Shown here: positions 39,301 through 51,931 of the stretch, one piece after another
Layout: every line of letters begins with the position of its first letter
Position numbering within the stretch: the first letter of the stretch is position 1
The notes under the pieces: generated by a model
Told to the model about the DNA's origin: nothing
The model's input: the letters and a program-made list of their open reading frames with translations, nothing else
Database searches by the model: none
Program-made: the position numbers and the translations under genes
Assembly: GCF_964355755.1 (NCBI RefSeq)
Contig: NC_092670.1
Span: 15,734,795-15,798,794 of the forward strand
Reading direction: 5' to 3'
Length of the DNA: 64,000 nt
Source: Antedon mediterranea
Taxonomy: Eukaryota; Animalia; Echinodermata

Positions 39301-42300
39301 TTACTGGTGATCCAGTAAAGGGATTTACATCCTCACCGTTTGCTTCCTCATCATTAAATGGATTCATAGTTTCATCATAGTCTTCATCGGTATCAACTTC
39401 TCCAAATGGGTTATCTCCGGAATAGTCTGAATCTTCAGAATCGGCAAAAGGATTTTTATCATCATCATAAACTTCTTCTTGATCTGGTTGAGGAGAAACC
39501 TCAATTTCTGTTTTTGCGTTGTTTACAATTGCAATATCTTCGCTTCCATTGTCTGCTTTTAGTACTAGCTCATCTTTATCTTTCTCTGAATTCTTTTCAT
39601 CTACTTTTCCTTTTTCCTCATTGTCTGACTTTCCTTTTTCATCAACCTCTAAGCCTTCCATTTCATCTTTGTCCTTTTCATTGTCTTTCTCAATCTCTTT
39701 CTTTTTATTCTCTTCTATTTGCTGTGTCTGTGTTTTTTCCAAATTCTCACTACTCCCTTCATTAACTTCTTTTGTCCTATTTGTTAACTTCTCATTATCT
39801 ATTACATCTGTTTCAATCTTCAATTTTGCATCATTGTTCACATCTTTATGTGCATTTTCTTCACTTTGATCACTTTGAGATGGATCAACCTTTCGAGCTG
39901 AAGCTGGAGATTTTAATCCCGTCTTTTTTCTGGGTGGAGGTTCTAAACTACCACTACTAACTGAATTTGATTTACTTGAAGAATCATGTGAACTAATTGA
40001 TGGTGATTTACTGCCAAGAGATGGAGTCAATATTTCTTTACTGGAAGTCAAGTAATCACGACTCGATTCTGAACTTAAACTGTCTTTACTACCATAGCTT
40101 GAGGAATCACTTCTAACAGCTGCCAATGATTTCATCAGACCTTTTCTTGCGTCTTCTTCACCTTGAAATCTTGCACGTGATGTCTGAGCAGCTAAAAGAT
40201 GAGGATGTAGTCCAGCTGCAGGGAGCTTTACTCCTCCAAATGGTTTTGGAGATAATTCTGGTTTATCTGACAAATCTGGTTTAATTTTTCGACGTGGAAT
40301 CTTTGGCGACAACTTCTGGTTAGGGATCAAATCTATTCTATTTGCCCAAGGATCATTACTTTCTCTTTCAGGTTCTGTGGCAACTTTAACTGGTGGTTTC
40401 TTCTTGATCTCTGCTGGTTCCCCAGCGGTATGAGTTTCCCAAATAGTATCTCCACCAACGCCCTCCGATTTCGGAGCAGTTTTTGCAGTTGCTCTTTCTG
40501 AAATGTTTGCTCGTATTTTCCAGATATCATTGCTGTGGTGAAGACATTCAAACTCGCGAGAGTCTCTTTTTTTCTTATACGTTCCAGAACGTAGGGTCGC
40601 TTGACATGTAGAACACTTGAAGCAGGCTCTGTGGAATAGTTTTCCCTCAATCACCAACCGCTCCATTAAATAAACTTTTTTCCCACACGAAATACATTTA
40701 TCACCCATAATTGCTATCTTGCGTGGTGGCTCACTTGCATCCTATAATTACAAAATATTTCCCTTCATTAATATTACACAGTGGAATTTATTTAAACACT
40801 TATAATAATGGTGGAATGTCTCTTTAAAGCTCTGTCTACACTATCAAACTAGTCAATATCAAACAAAAAAAGTGTGATGTGCTCAAATATGGTAGTGATA
40901 TGCTCAAACTCAAATACGGTAGTGATATGCTCAAATATGGTAACGATATCATGTCCATATGGGCACATCACATTTTTTTGTCACATAAAGTTTGATAGTG
41001 TTGACAAGGCTTAAGAGATTGAAGTGGATAATAAATTAATATTTATTATCTGAATTTTAAAAAAAACCTGATGAATCTATTCTCCGAGATTGAAGTGGAT
41101 TATTAAACGAATGTGCCTCACAGCATACAAATGCATTTATACAGGCTTCTTTGTTCTTCTCTTCCTTTGTTTCATAGTTACCAAATGAAGAAGAGTACAC
41201 AGTATAATTCCCAGTCCCTCCCACCAACTCTTCAATAAACAAATTAATCAAAATGTGTCTCACCTTGGGCAGAGTTTTCTCTCTCTTTTTCCCCCCAATG
41301 TGGCCAATCCCAGATCCTAAATAAAGGGGGAAAAGAGGTTAATAGTTTAATGCAATGAGTATACTATGGGAGGAATCACACAGAATCACATAGTGTGTGT
41401 GATGTGCAACATGGAATGCATTTCAGATAAAGTACAACTAAAACAGCAGATTCTTTTAAAACTATAATTTTTAATAAAATATTATTTTGAATGTCAGCAG
41501 TGCATTGTTTATCATTAGGGCCAATTTACACAGACGAGCGGCAACAGTAAGCGAGAAAAACATGTAGCTTGTCCCATACATTACAGAATCTGCATATATC
41601 CTGAGCGGGTTTCCGCTCGACCGATCCACGTTTTGTGTAAATAGATTTTGGTTTTCCGCTTACCGTCACCGCTCGTCTGTGTAAATTGGTTTTTATGCTG
41701 CCAGAATGTGCTGTTCTACAGTACAGGTATGTCTACTGCTGCTAACTCCACTAAGTTAAATACAACCAATCCTCTCACCAACCAACCTGTTTTTTCTGAG
41801 CCTTACTAATACAAAGTAGTATACGTTTCCAAACTTTTAAGCTCCTAGCTGTTTAGTTTGACCTTGCAAATGCTTGTTTTAAATGTCATTGTCAACTTTA
41901 AAAAATTGTGTACCAGACCTGGCCACAATTAACTTCAATTCACAATGCAATATTTAATGTTATAGTAATTGCTTTAAAAATATAAAAATAAAATATATGT
42001 TATATGCTGGCTAACTATGCAGTATACTTTACTGTAAACTACTTTATGATTTTCAATTGATTTGTTTAATGTCATTGTCAAATAAAATGATTACATTAGA
42101 AAAAGTTATTATCCTTTCAAATTAAATTGATAATTGAAATATACAAGTAAATAAAATTAATACAAAGTAGCATAAATTAAATAATGTTGTTAGGAATATT
42201 AACAATGATTATAAATATAATGCTAAATAGAAAATTCAGGTTGAGAATATTTAAATTATATCATGAAACTAAATATCTAGACTGTATGTTATATGTTGCA

Positions 42301-45300
42301 CTATGATTAACATTAATGTTGTATGAAACATCAGCAATGTTCTTGACCTTTAACCATGAATAAGCACATACAGTAGAACGACTATTAGGGGTCCCAAAAA
42401 AGAAAGAGTCCCCTTAAAAGAGGTGTTCCTTAAATATAAGTGTCCCAAAGGACATTGCACAGTAAACTAGGTATATTTCCCTATCCATGAATAGACCTTG
42501 CATTTTGAAATGGGGGTCTGTGGGAGGTTGGGTGTACAGTAAACATTCTAATAATTCTACTATATTAAAATTATTATTTCCTGTTTTATGAAAAATCATG
42601 TTCATCCTCTTCCATCCGCTTCCTCTCTCAACAATATCAAGGATTCCAAAATTACAGACCACATTTTAACCATCAGTGAGCAACACAACATAGAACATTA
42701 TCATTTTTTTTAAATGTTTTTTATACAGTACATACATTGACATGATGACATATGATGGATGATGACAAGTTAAAAAAAAACATATAATCCTAGAATCTAG
42801 TGCCTGGCACTGAAATAAATAATTACTTATGTGCTTGCAGTAACTGCAGACAAATGATAAATAATATTAATATAATAAATATATATATAACCTACCATTG
42901 CCCTGATAGTCTTTTATTAAAGCTAAACTTCTCATTTTCGATCGTCTAAAAAGATTTCAACTCCAAAAATCTACTTATTTTCTTTAACTAACCACATCAA
43001 CATCTTGCTTCAAACTGAATGTTTTGCGGCTAACCTTCCCAGAATGCATCAGGGATGTTAATGCACATTTTTCGTTTCCTCTTTAAGAATGAATTCTTAA
43101 ATTGATATATCAAAGCAAAGCAGACAGTATTTATCAATGGCGTTATTAATGACATATTAATCTATAAGGCTATAGATGGATTAAGGTTACTAATCATTTT
43201 TACGACAAAAGTTTGGACTCCCAGACATATGGGTGTATCAAATTGTTTCTATTTTAATTATTACACTGTACACTGTTTTTTTTTTAAGATTGACACATTT
43301 TTGGTAATGAATTATTTGCTTATACATTGGAAAACAACCTCTTAATAAATTCTTGGCTTTACAAAAAGAAATAGAAAACAAATATGATGAGAAACTCTCC
43401 ATCTGAGATGTAATCACCAATTTGTTGTACATTTTTGTTTGTTCTACATTTTTTTGTGTTGTACAACATTTTAACTAATTTTTAACCAATTTCTAATTTT
43501 TTTAAACAGAGTTTTTGTATTATTTTTTTCCTTGATATTGTATTTTTTATCTGTATTGTATTTTTTACTTTTTGTATCAAATTTACTCTTTTTCAAATAA
43601 TAACATAATAATAAATGAAATGATGATGATATTTGAAAATATGAAAATACTGTCACATTCAGTAGTATTATATTTAGATACATTATATAATGCTGGTTTA
43701 GTAGACAGAAATTGAGGAAACGTCAATATTCAGACACAGATGTTAAAAATTAGTTTAATCAAAATATAAAAAAACAAGAAGTGCAAGGTCCTAGAAATTT
43801 ATAAGTTATAATTTATCTTATTTTTCATTACACATTACCAATCTGTTTGTAGCCCCTTCCTCTCTGTGCATGTCACCACCTTCCACACACTAAACATACT
43901 CTTATCACTCTAGACTCCAAAGTTCCCTATATTAAAACATTAAAGTTTAACACTTGTATCTCCCCACCCCAGGGCTTCCCTTATAAAAGGCAGTCAAAAC
44001 AGACTCGTAAAGGAAATGTAATTTCCCAACTATGGATCAAATGTAAAGTTTGAATACAGACATTGATGTTATAATCACTAAACTTGCATAGTGTATACTG
44101 TATAATTTGCTTGATAGACCTGTGTTATGTCATACACTGGCAAATGTTGATGTTGATACTGTACTAAGATATCCATGAAAGCCAAACATACCATAAGATC
44201 ATAATTTGTGTAAAATTGTTGGCTCTTGAAACTACTTTTATTTTTTTTAAATGTGGATTAAAATCATAACAAAAAACAAAAGTGCTATGGCAACAAAATG
44301 CTTAAAAATAAATAAAAATAATTAATAATTATCAATAATTAATTATTAAAAATTATAAAAAAATTAACTTTCAAAATGCATTGTGAGTTTAAAAAAAAAA
44401 CAAAACAAAAACAATTTTATAATTGCAAACACTTTGAATGCCTAGTCATCTGAATTGACCAAATATGGGAACATCACCTGTGCTTTATGTAAATGATGAT
44501 GCAACCATGCATGACCTTCAATTATGTGTATTAAATAAAAAAAGTGTGCATGCTTTTGAGTATAACATAAAATAATCCAGGCAGCAAACTAAAAATGATT
44601 TCTTTGACACATACCTTTCGGGCGTTTCTTTGCTGAAAATTTGAAAGACATTTACCTGTATTCATTCTAATATTCACAGTAATTTATTTGTTAGAACAGA
44701 CATGGACCATGGGGTAGGAAATGATATCAATTTGCCATTTCCTGAGTTGATGAAGCTCAGTGCAGGAAAAAAAAAGCAACAAAAAAAGTGTTGTAAATTA
44801 GCAGTGATGTCATACAGTAGATGTGAAATGAAATAAAATTGCAAAACTTTATTATTAAAGAATGCCTGATTCGATTTCTCCTGCTTATAGTTCTTCCAGA
44901 TGTACAGTACATGTTTACGTTGTTTTGCTAAAGCTCTGTGTACATTATCAAACTAGTTTGACAAAAAAAATGTGATGTGCTCAAATATGGTAGAGATATG
45001 CCCAAATATGGTAGTGATATGACATCAATGAGGGAGAAAGCTATGAACACTAATTTCCAAATTTATGGATGAATAAAGCGATGTCTATGTCTATCATCAT
45101 GTCCATATATGGGCATATCACATTTTCTGTCACATAAAGTTTGATAGTGTAGACAGAACATTAAGGAAAACATCCTAATATACACTAAACTGCATAAGTT
45201 TCTGGTAGCTTTATCATTCATTTTAGCTGTTGTTGCTATAGTATTGAACTTTGCTATGATACAAGCACCTGTTGTTCAACATGTTTATTAGTAATAATGA

Positions 45301-48300
45301 CAACATGATACAAAAGAAATACACCTTGAACATAAAGGTCATTTTTCACACTTGACAATCATAATTCCCAAAAGTCATAAACAATACATTCACACCTTCA
45401 TGATGACATTTTATAGACTTCTTTATGAATATTTATGAATGTTTAATATATTCAAAGAGATTTTATATTAGAAGTACAACAAGAATTGAACCTGAATATA
45501 TTCATACAAAGTGTATACGATGCATATCTTAGAGCATGAAGGTATAAAAAAGGAAGGTCATGTAATCTTATCTCTGCTTTATTCTAAATTTAAACTTAGT
45601 ATTTATACAAATGAATACTGATCTTAAATGAGGTCAACACTTATTAGGACCTAGATTGCTACTTAACAAGTAACCAATTGTACTACAGTAACTGTAAAGT
45701 ATAGATTACAAGTTGAGTACACTTCAACATGCTTTAAGAAACATGTATCCTATTTATACGCTTATTTATACCAATCCACTCATCAGTCAGTAACTTGTAT
45801 AATGCAACATTACATCTTTCTTTAGTCACATGACCGGTATCTAGTCACATGACCGGTATCTAGTCAGATGACCGGTATCTAGTCACATGACTGGTATTTA
45901 GTCACATGATTGGTATCTAGTCACATTTGTCGTAATCGAGTGTACCGTTGAGTAGTTTTTCCGTTTAGTATTTTGAGCGTTGAGATTGTTCTTAACGAAA
46001 AAGCTTTCGTTGTCAACGTTTTCTATTCGAATGACTTTCTGTTGAGCACAAATTTACAATTCGAATACAAAAAGTACTCAACGAAACTTTACGTTGACAA
46101 CGAAAGTTCCCAATTGAATACGACAATTGACTGGTATCTAGTCACATGGAAGTTAGTTAGGGGAGTTATTTAAAAATAAATGAAAACTAACAAAAAAAAA
46201 CAAAAAACACTTTACCTGGTGACTTGCCATGGAAATAGTTATAATATTGTGAGACGTAGGTTAGGATGCTAAGCCTGTCTGGTATCAGCATTGTTGCCAT
46301 GTCCTCTGGGTCCAGCAAGGCAGGGATGCCAAGATCCCGTTCGGCAACCTCAAAGGCCTACAAACAAATGTTTTAAATGTTACACACAGTTAAAAGTAGG
46401 AAGTAAGATTCCAGTATCCAACCACATTATCAAACATTTTAACAAGAATATCAATATAAAAAATCTACCTCGCAACCTACAAAGCTAACGTCAATATACA
46501 TCCAAGTATTTGAGAACAATTTGTACTGAGTGGAGCCAAAGTCATGTGACTTCCTAGTAACCGATAACAGGTGTAACACCTGCAAACAGGTGAACACACC
46601 TGAGGATTTGTCTTATTTCATCAAATTATCGAGATCATTTTAGACAGGATGTAAAAACAAACTGTCAATATTTAAAGGTATACTATGATGTGATTTTTTT
46701 CTTATGTGAATTGTTGCAGTACTATACACATGGTGATACTGGGAGATTTGATTTTATCTTAGGATATTGTCTAGAGCAATCATCAACAAGTTTTTTTTTT
46801 AAAGTAATTATAATCTACCTTGAACTTTTCCCACCCATCCAACACATGTGATGTCAAACCATGATGATCAACTAATGAATGTTTAATTATTTTACTTTTT
46901 AAAATCATTTTTTTTTTACATGAAGAAATCAATTATACAAGGAAAAGTTTTGTCTTAACCTACATGTTACCATTTATAGGCCAGAATAAAATAAAAATGG
47001 TTTGCGAGTTTGTTTGTGGAAATGGAGACAATATGACGGTGTTGGCAATATCATTGAATAATTGAAAACACAAGTTGCGGCGAGAGCGGCAATCTGTCTA
47101 CGTCAATCACATGATGGGCTATTACGCGTACTATTTTTCTACTGACTGACCTAGTCAAAATGGTGACTCATTTAATTCAGTTTGTTAAAACATCTATTTT
47201 AAAAATAGGTTTGTCATTTGAAATTGTGGATTTAAATATAGATAAAAACTTGTTATTTTTCATGTGATATTTAAACATTTTTTTACAGAAAATTATTTCA
47301 ATTACAATCTGTTCTATTTTGATATGATATGGGTTTAATATTTGAAAATGTGGATCTGAATATAAATTTTAGATTAGTCACAATTTTTTTAATTTTTACA
47401 GAAAAACTATTTTATTCAAAACTTTGTTTTATTCAGTTTGTAAAAGTTTATATTTTAATATTGCAAATTACAAATAACGTTTTTTATAAATCATTTTCCC
47501 CACTCCCTAAATGTGTACGGTATTTAAATATAAATTTTTACTAATTTCGTATGGTAGTTTCCCGATTAATCGTACGATCAAACGGTACTGGGTATGATCA
47601 ACTAGCGTTCGTGTTCCCACCTAATCATCCATTCATAGAAGTACTGATGAAGATATCAATCTGTGGCGACAATAGAATGGACCCGAGACCTGGCTATCTT
47701 CGACTTTTAAATAATAGAAAGTTTAGAAAATTTTTTGTTAGGACTAGAAATGTACGTTGTACGGTATGTATATATAGAAAAATGGTTGTAGTTTTCAAAA
47801 TTACGTTGTATAAGTTTTCAAAATTACGTTGTATAAGTTTTCAAAATTACGTTGTATAAGTTCCGATGTGAAAAACTGTTATTTGATCGTTAGTTGTCGT
47901 GTACATAAAGCAAAAACATGAATCCCTAAATATAAATTTTTACTAATTTTAGGTCACATATTTCCTGTAATAAAAATACAAAGATGATGCATTTTAAAAC
48001 CAACTATTAAACTTGTTTTGGTACCGGTAGGAAAAATCTGTAAAAGTACTGAATCTATAAACAGAATCCATTTCCTACTAACAAAATTGAAAGGAAATCT
48101 AATAAATATTGGTAAGACAATGGTAAGATGCTAAATTGTCAGGAAAAGGGTTCAATAGCATAAACACATGCTCTGCATAGCTGTTGTGTGGATTCGTACC
48201 TGTCACTCTCACTGACAGGCAGAGTACTATACTGTTAGATCACACATTTTTTTCTTTTATTACGAACATTTCACTTTCAGTGCATTGAACCCAGCTTATG

Positions 48301-48611
48301 TGCTTTATAAAATAAGAAATAACTATTATTATTATAATGAGTTTCATATTATACATAATCACCAGACTATGTTTATTAATAAATAGATCCCACTTGTTGA
48401 TGATTGATAACAATGTCACCCACAACTTTCACAATAGACCTGGTGAGTAACCTTGGATTTATTTTATTTTTCTGCAGTGTACTTCCTGGATACCTAAATA
48501 TTAATGAACACCTCACATTGGCTTAACAGACTAGACACTTTGTTCTTATCAGAGAAGAGTAAAATTATAATTTCAATGGTCTGTATTTATACTAAATATT
48601 AATAATTGGTA

Positions 48612-48643
<32 letters not shown>

Positions 48644-49790
48644 TGGTCTTGGCATCAAACTCCTTCCTTGATATTAAACATAAACAGCTTCTATATTTTA
48701 ACTATTCCATGTATTATTTTTTATTATATACATATTTCTATTTATAAAAAAAAATTATTTTATTTACATACATTTACTGAATTCCTTAAAATAACTATAC
48801 TACTTTTTTTCTATTTTTTCCGATCATTGGCCTTTTTTCTATTTCAAGATAAAATACAAAAACAAAATAAAATGTGTCACATAACATACTTACCAAACTG
48901 TTATTTTCTCTTATATTCTCCTTCGCTAATGTGTCAAAATCTCTAAGGCAAGTAGAAACAAAAAATGTAAATATACATAATGACTAAGTTACATGAATTT
49001 AGACGAAAATAAACGAGATTGAAATATAAAAGAACAACAGAGGAACTGGTTTAAAAACCATTTCCCTAGTAACTGATTGATAAAAGGTCATGAACGATTC
49101 AATGGTTTTTTTTTATAAAAAAGCTATTTATAATGTTTTACTCCAGTTGGTACTAGGCTACCAGTACCAGGTATTAATCAGTTCGGTGTGTCGAATCAGA
49201 AGTGTGCCGGTTTATAAATTTTAAATTTATTTTTAACTTTCTTTAGAGAAGGTTTCCTTCCAGTTGAACCAGCAGGCCAGCTCATATCCAGGGGCCTATT
49301 TTAATAATTAATAATAGTATGTATTAATATTTAAAGAGGTCATCATTTTAATTGGGAATTGTATTGCAATCTTGCAGGCTACTGTACTGTAAATTGGTTG
49401 CAAGTTTGAGGTAAGAGAGAATACTTTAAGCCATTTATACAATATGTCAGCAATGTACAATAGTATTTTATTGTAATATATAATCCCAATTATCTAGCCT
49501 TTCCAGGGCTACAATTGATTATTATTATTATTTTCTTTTAAGTATTATCTATTAAAATACAAGATAAAAAATAAAGTAAAGCTTGTTATATAAAAACATT
49601 ATAATAAACTATATAACCATACTAATAAAGTTGTTTCTTACATAAGTTCAGGTCTGTAGTTGTGAATAATAGCGCAGAAAGCAAGGCCATCCCGCCACGA
49701 TTTTGTCATGTTTTCAATCTTGACATCTTCGTAACCTTCAGTGACCTGCTGACACCACGACTGAAGTGCTTTTGCACCTCTCAGCGCCAT
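36325..49790 (-). CDS. MICALL1: MICAL-like protein (CH + LIM + NPF/proline-rich + bMERB); likely single invertebrate ortholog of MICALL1/MICALL2
   Basis: Exons: 49790-49642 ([31 protein letters not shown]), 48942-48894, 46357-46216 ([34 protein letters not shown]), 41316-41264, 40741-38970 (LIM CISC..H..C; four NPF), 38781-38730, 38608-38543, 37917-37794, 37117-37021 ([19 protein letters not shown]), 36774-36539, 36413-36325 (..[15 protein letters not shown]). All GT-AG and in phase; no monooxygenase domain. Confidence 0.93.
37194..37320. mobile_element. MITE family A copy (degenerate right end)
   Basis: AGCTTTGTTTACATTATCAAACTAGTTTGACAAAA...GTCACATAAA. Confidence 0.7.
38317..38497. mobile_element. 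MITE family A copy
   Basis: ..GTGTTTACACTATCAAACT ... AGTTTGATAGTGTAGACAGAGCT; three CATATCACTACCAT repeats. Confidence 0.82.
40828..41011. mobile_element. MITE family A copy
   Basis: TAA|AGCTCTGTCTACACTATCAAACT ... AGTTTGATAGTGTTGACAAGGCT|TAA. Confidence 0.82.
41518..41692. mobile_element. PIF/Harbinger-like MITE
   Basis: TTA|GGGCCAATTTACACAGACGAGCGG ... CCGCTCGTCTGTGTAAATTGGTTT|TTA. Confidence 0.82.
44615..44632 (-). CDS. Candidate 18-nt microexon of the MICAL-like gene
   Basis: TCTTTCAAATTTTCAG|CAAAGAAACGCCCGAAAG|GTATGT; frame-preserving in the phase-1 intron, inserts AKKRPK. Confidence 0.55.
44932..45161. mobile_element. MITE family A copy with ~65-bp internal insertion
   Basis: Both TIRs present; unrelated sequence at ~45027-45093. 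Confidence 0.78.
45823..46148. repeat. 19-bp minisatellite (TAGTCACATGACCGGTATC)n split by a ~200-bp inverted-repeat element
   Basis: About 5.5 units at 45823-45926, insert 45927-46128 (TTGTCGTA..TACGACAA ends), unit resumes at 46129. Confidence 0.8.
47791..47862. repeat. 23-bp tandem repeat x3 (GTTTTCAAAATTACGTTGTATAA)
   Basis: Three direct copies; lies within a poorly defined ~1-kb repeat-like region (~47010-48086, weak inverted ends TTTGTTTGTGGAAATGGA / TCCATTTCCTACTAACAAA). Confidence 0.75.
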
Positions 49791-49952
49791 CTTCTATATG
49801 CTCCTTGTACACTGGTTTCGGCCGGCCAAGTAGTTGATTTAAAATTAAATGCTAACCATCCTCTATAAAGTATAAATACAAAATAACAAATAAAAAAAAA
49901 AGAATTAACCAACAAGCTGGTAAATAGCTTTATAAAAAAAACTTGCTTGCAT

Positions 49953-50108
49953 GCATTGCCCGGAAGCTCTGCTAATTTTTCTGACTGTTTTACTACAGTA
50001 TATTGTTTTGATTTAGCTTTTTGATTATTTTATTTTGTATTTCCATTGAGATCCAGCCACTGATACCCACGGCATTGCAATTATTTTCAGTAATTTGCCT
50101 TTGGATTT
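49953..50108 (+). mobile_element. Penelope-like repeat fragment
   Basis: TTGCCCGGAAGCTCTGCTAA..GTTTTGATTTAGCTTTT..CCATTGAGA..TTTGCCTTTGGATTTA matches 53566-53696. Confidence 0.6.
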
Positions 50109-50197
50109 ATATAAAACATAAACTATTATCTGACATTCAACCAACCATTACCCCTAGGATCATGGAGGAAATATATCTAGGATGAACAGATTGTACA

Positions 50198-50270
50198 TAT
50201 TATTTATTCAATTATGTATTGTTTATTCAATTATGTATTATTTATTCAATATGTATTGTTTATTCAATTA
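50198..50270. repeat. 19-bp AT-rich minisatellite x4
   Basis: TATT(A/G)TTTATTCAATTATG units. Confidence 0.75.
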
Positions 50271-51579
50271 CTGGATAAACAAGATAGACCTGTACAGTAT
50301 ATTTATTCAGATACTAATCAGCTATTCATAGAAAAATCAATTTTATGTTATCTGCTCTACAAACTAATTGTTAATTAAATAAATAACATTTTAAAAGTAT
50401 TTGTTAATTACAAACATAAATTAATAATTATAAATATAATAACAAATCAATAATTCATGTCAATATAAAAGCGTTAAAGAATGGATAAATGAATGTTAAG
50501 ATGAATGAAGATACCTGAATGATGATTGTTGTCAAAGATGTAAATTCTAAATTAAAATCAAGAACAGGACTGATGATATATCACTCTATAATAGCACTCA
50601 AACCACACTACTGTAATTACAATTTGTCTGCAGCAACCATATTGTTTAAGGATTAATAACTAGACTAGCTATTGTTAATAGTGTTAAATTAAATTACATA
50701 AATTGATTATGCATGAGAGTGTGAATTGTAATTTTATTCAAAGTATTGTGAGGTGATATTAAATGGAAAAAAATATGTGTCAGTGTACGTTCTATAACAT
50801 AAAAAATGTACAATAAAGGTATTGAACAGAATAGAGTTAAAAATAAGGTGTCCTCTCTTTCTACTGTATTTATTAGTATTTAACTGTGAGATAAATAATC
50901 ATGAATTCAAACAATAATGCCAACAGGTTTATAAATACTGTACTATGGTATACGGCCCTGCAATAAAATGTAATAATTAGTAAATTATTAATATTTCAAA
51001 AAATAAATAGTAATACTAATAGTATGGAGCACAGTCAGACTGTATACAGTACTGTACTGTCTACTAGTACTAGGCCTAGACTACAGATTAGTACTAAATA
51101 CTTAATATACCTAGTCTAGCCTCTAGGTAAGCTTATCTTCTACAACGAACTGGCCTAAAGTGATCTGGAATGTGAAGGTCCTGCAGATTCCTCCAAACCA
51201 CTGAGATTCCCTAGGCATAAAAACAAATATTCACGGCGCAGTTTGACGGGCGTCTTCTTTAGATTTAAATATAATATTGAAATATAACAATTAATTACCA
51301 AAACAGTAAGCAACTCCTGCGTGTTACTCCCACGGGTCGGCCGGAAGTTAATAATATATTTCAATTGATAGATATGGAAACAGGCTGAGGTTCAAGTCTT
51401 GATTGATGACTTATCAAATGCAAATATGTTTTGTAAAAGTCATCACAGTCCAGAAATGTACACGAAAAATCTAATTACTGGTTCTTGTTATAAAAACGTT
51501 GATAATATGATTGTTTTCCCAAGTTTTTGTTCAGTTTCCTTACCACATTTCCATTGTTTATACTTTGTACAGTAAATGA

Positions 51580-51658
51580 CATAATAGGAAGTGTCATATC
51601 CTCTGATTGGCCAATCTCGTGATGACATGACCTCATATGCATTTTGTTCATTTCATGT
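51580..51658 (-). promoter_or_regulatory. Probable core promoter of the MICAL-like gene
   Basis: Palindromic double CCAAT box GATTGGCCAATC (51605-51616) and ETS-like AGGAAGTG (~51586). The ATG exon has a splice acceptor at ~49863, implying upstream non-coding exon(s); candidate donor at ~50514. Confidence 0.45.
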
Positions 51659-51931
51659 CAATCGACAGGTATATAAAATATACCAAATTGGCTAGTTGAG
51701 AATTCTCAACTATTACCGCAGTACGCCTGTAACGACGAAGCCTACCGGTATAATGGGATAGGCTGATTTCCTTGTTAACTTAAGGGGTCATTTAATTACT
51801 GAATTATGATTGGTAGTAAAGGAAATTTACTGGAATCCTATTGGATGGAGGTGGTAGTAGGACCATGTCCATCCCATTGCAGTAATAAAGTTGAGCCACC
51901 TGCGACCATTACAATGTCCTACCATGCACAT

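Noticed and set aside
39406-40650. Antisense and alternate-frame ORFs over the large MICAL-like exon; likewise ORFs at 15708, 16200, 30822-31119 and 36481
   Set aside because: Shadows of real coding exons.
48130-48245. Second tRNA-SINE remnant (GGATTCGTACC)
   Set aside because: Only a degenerate B box; no clear A box or body match.
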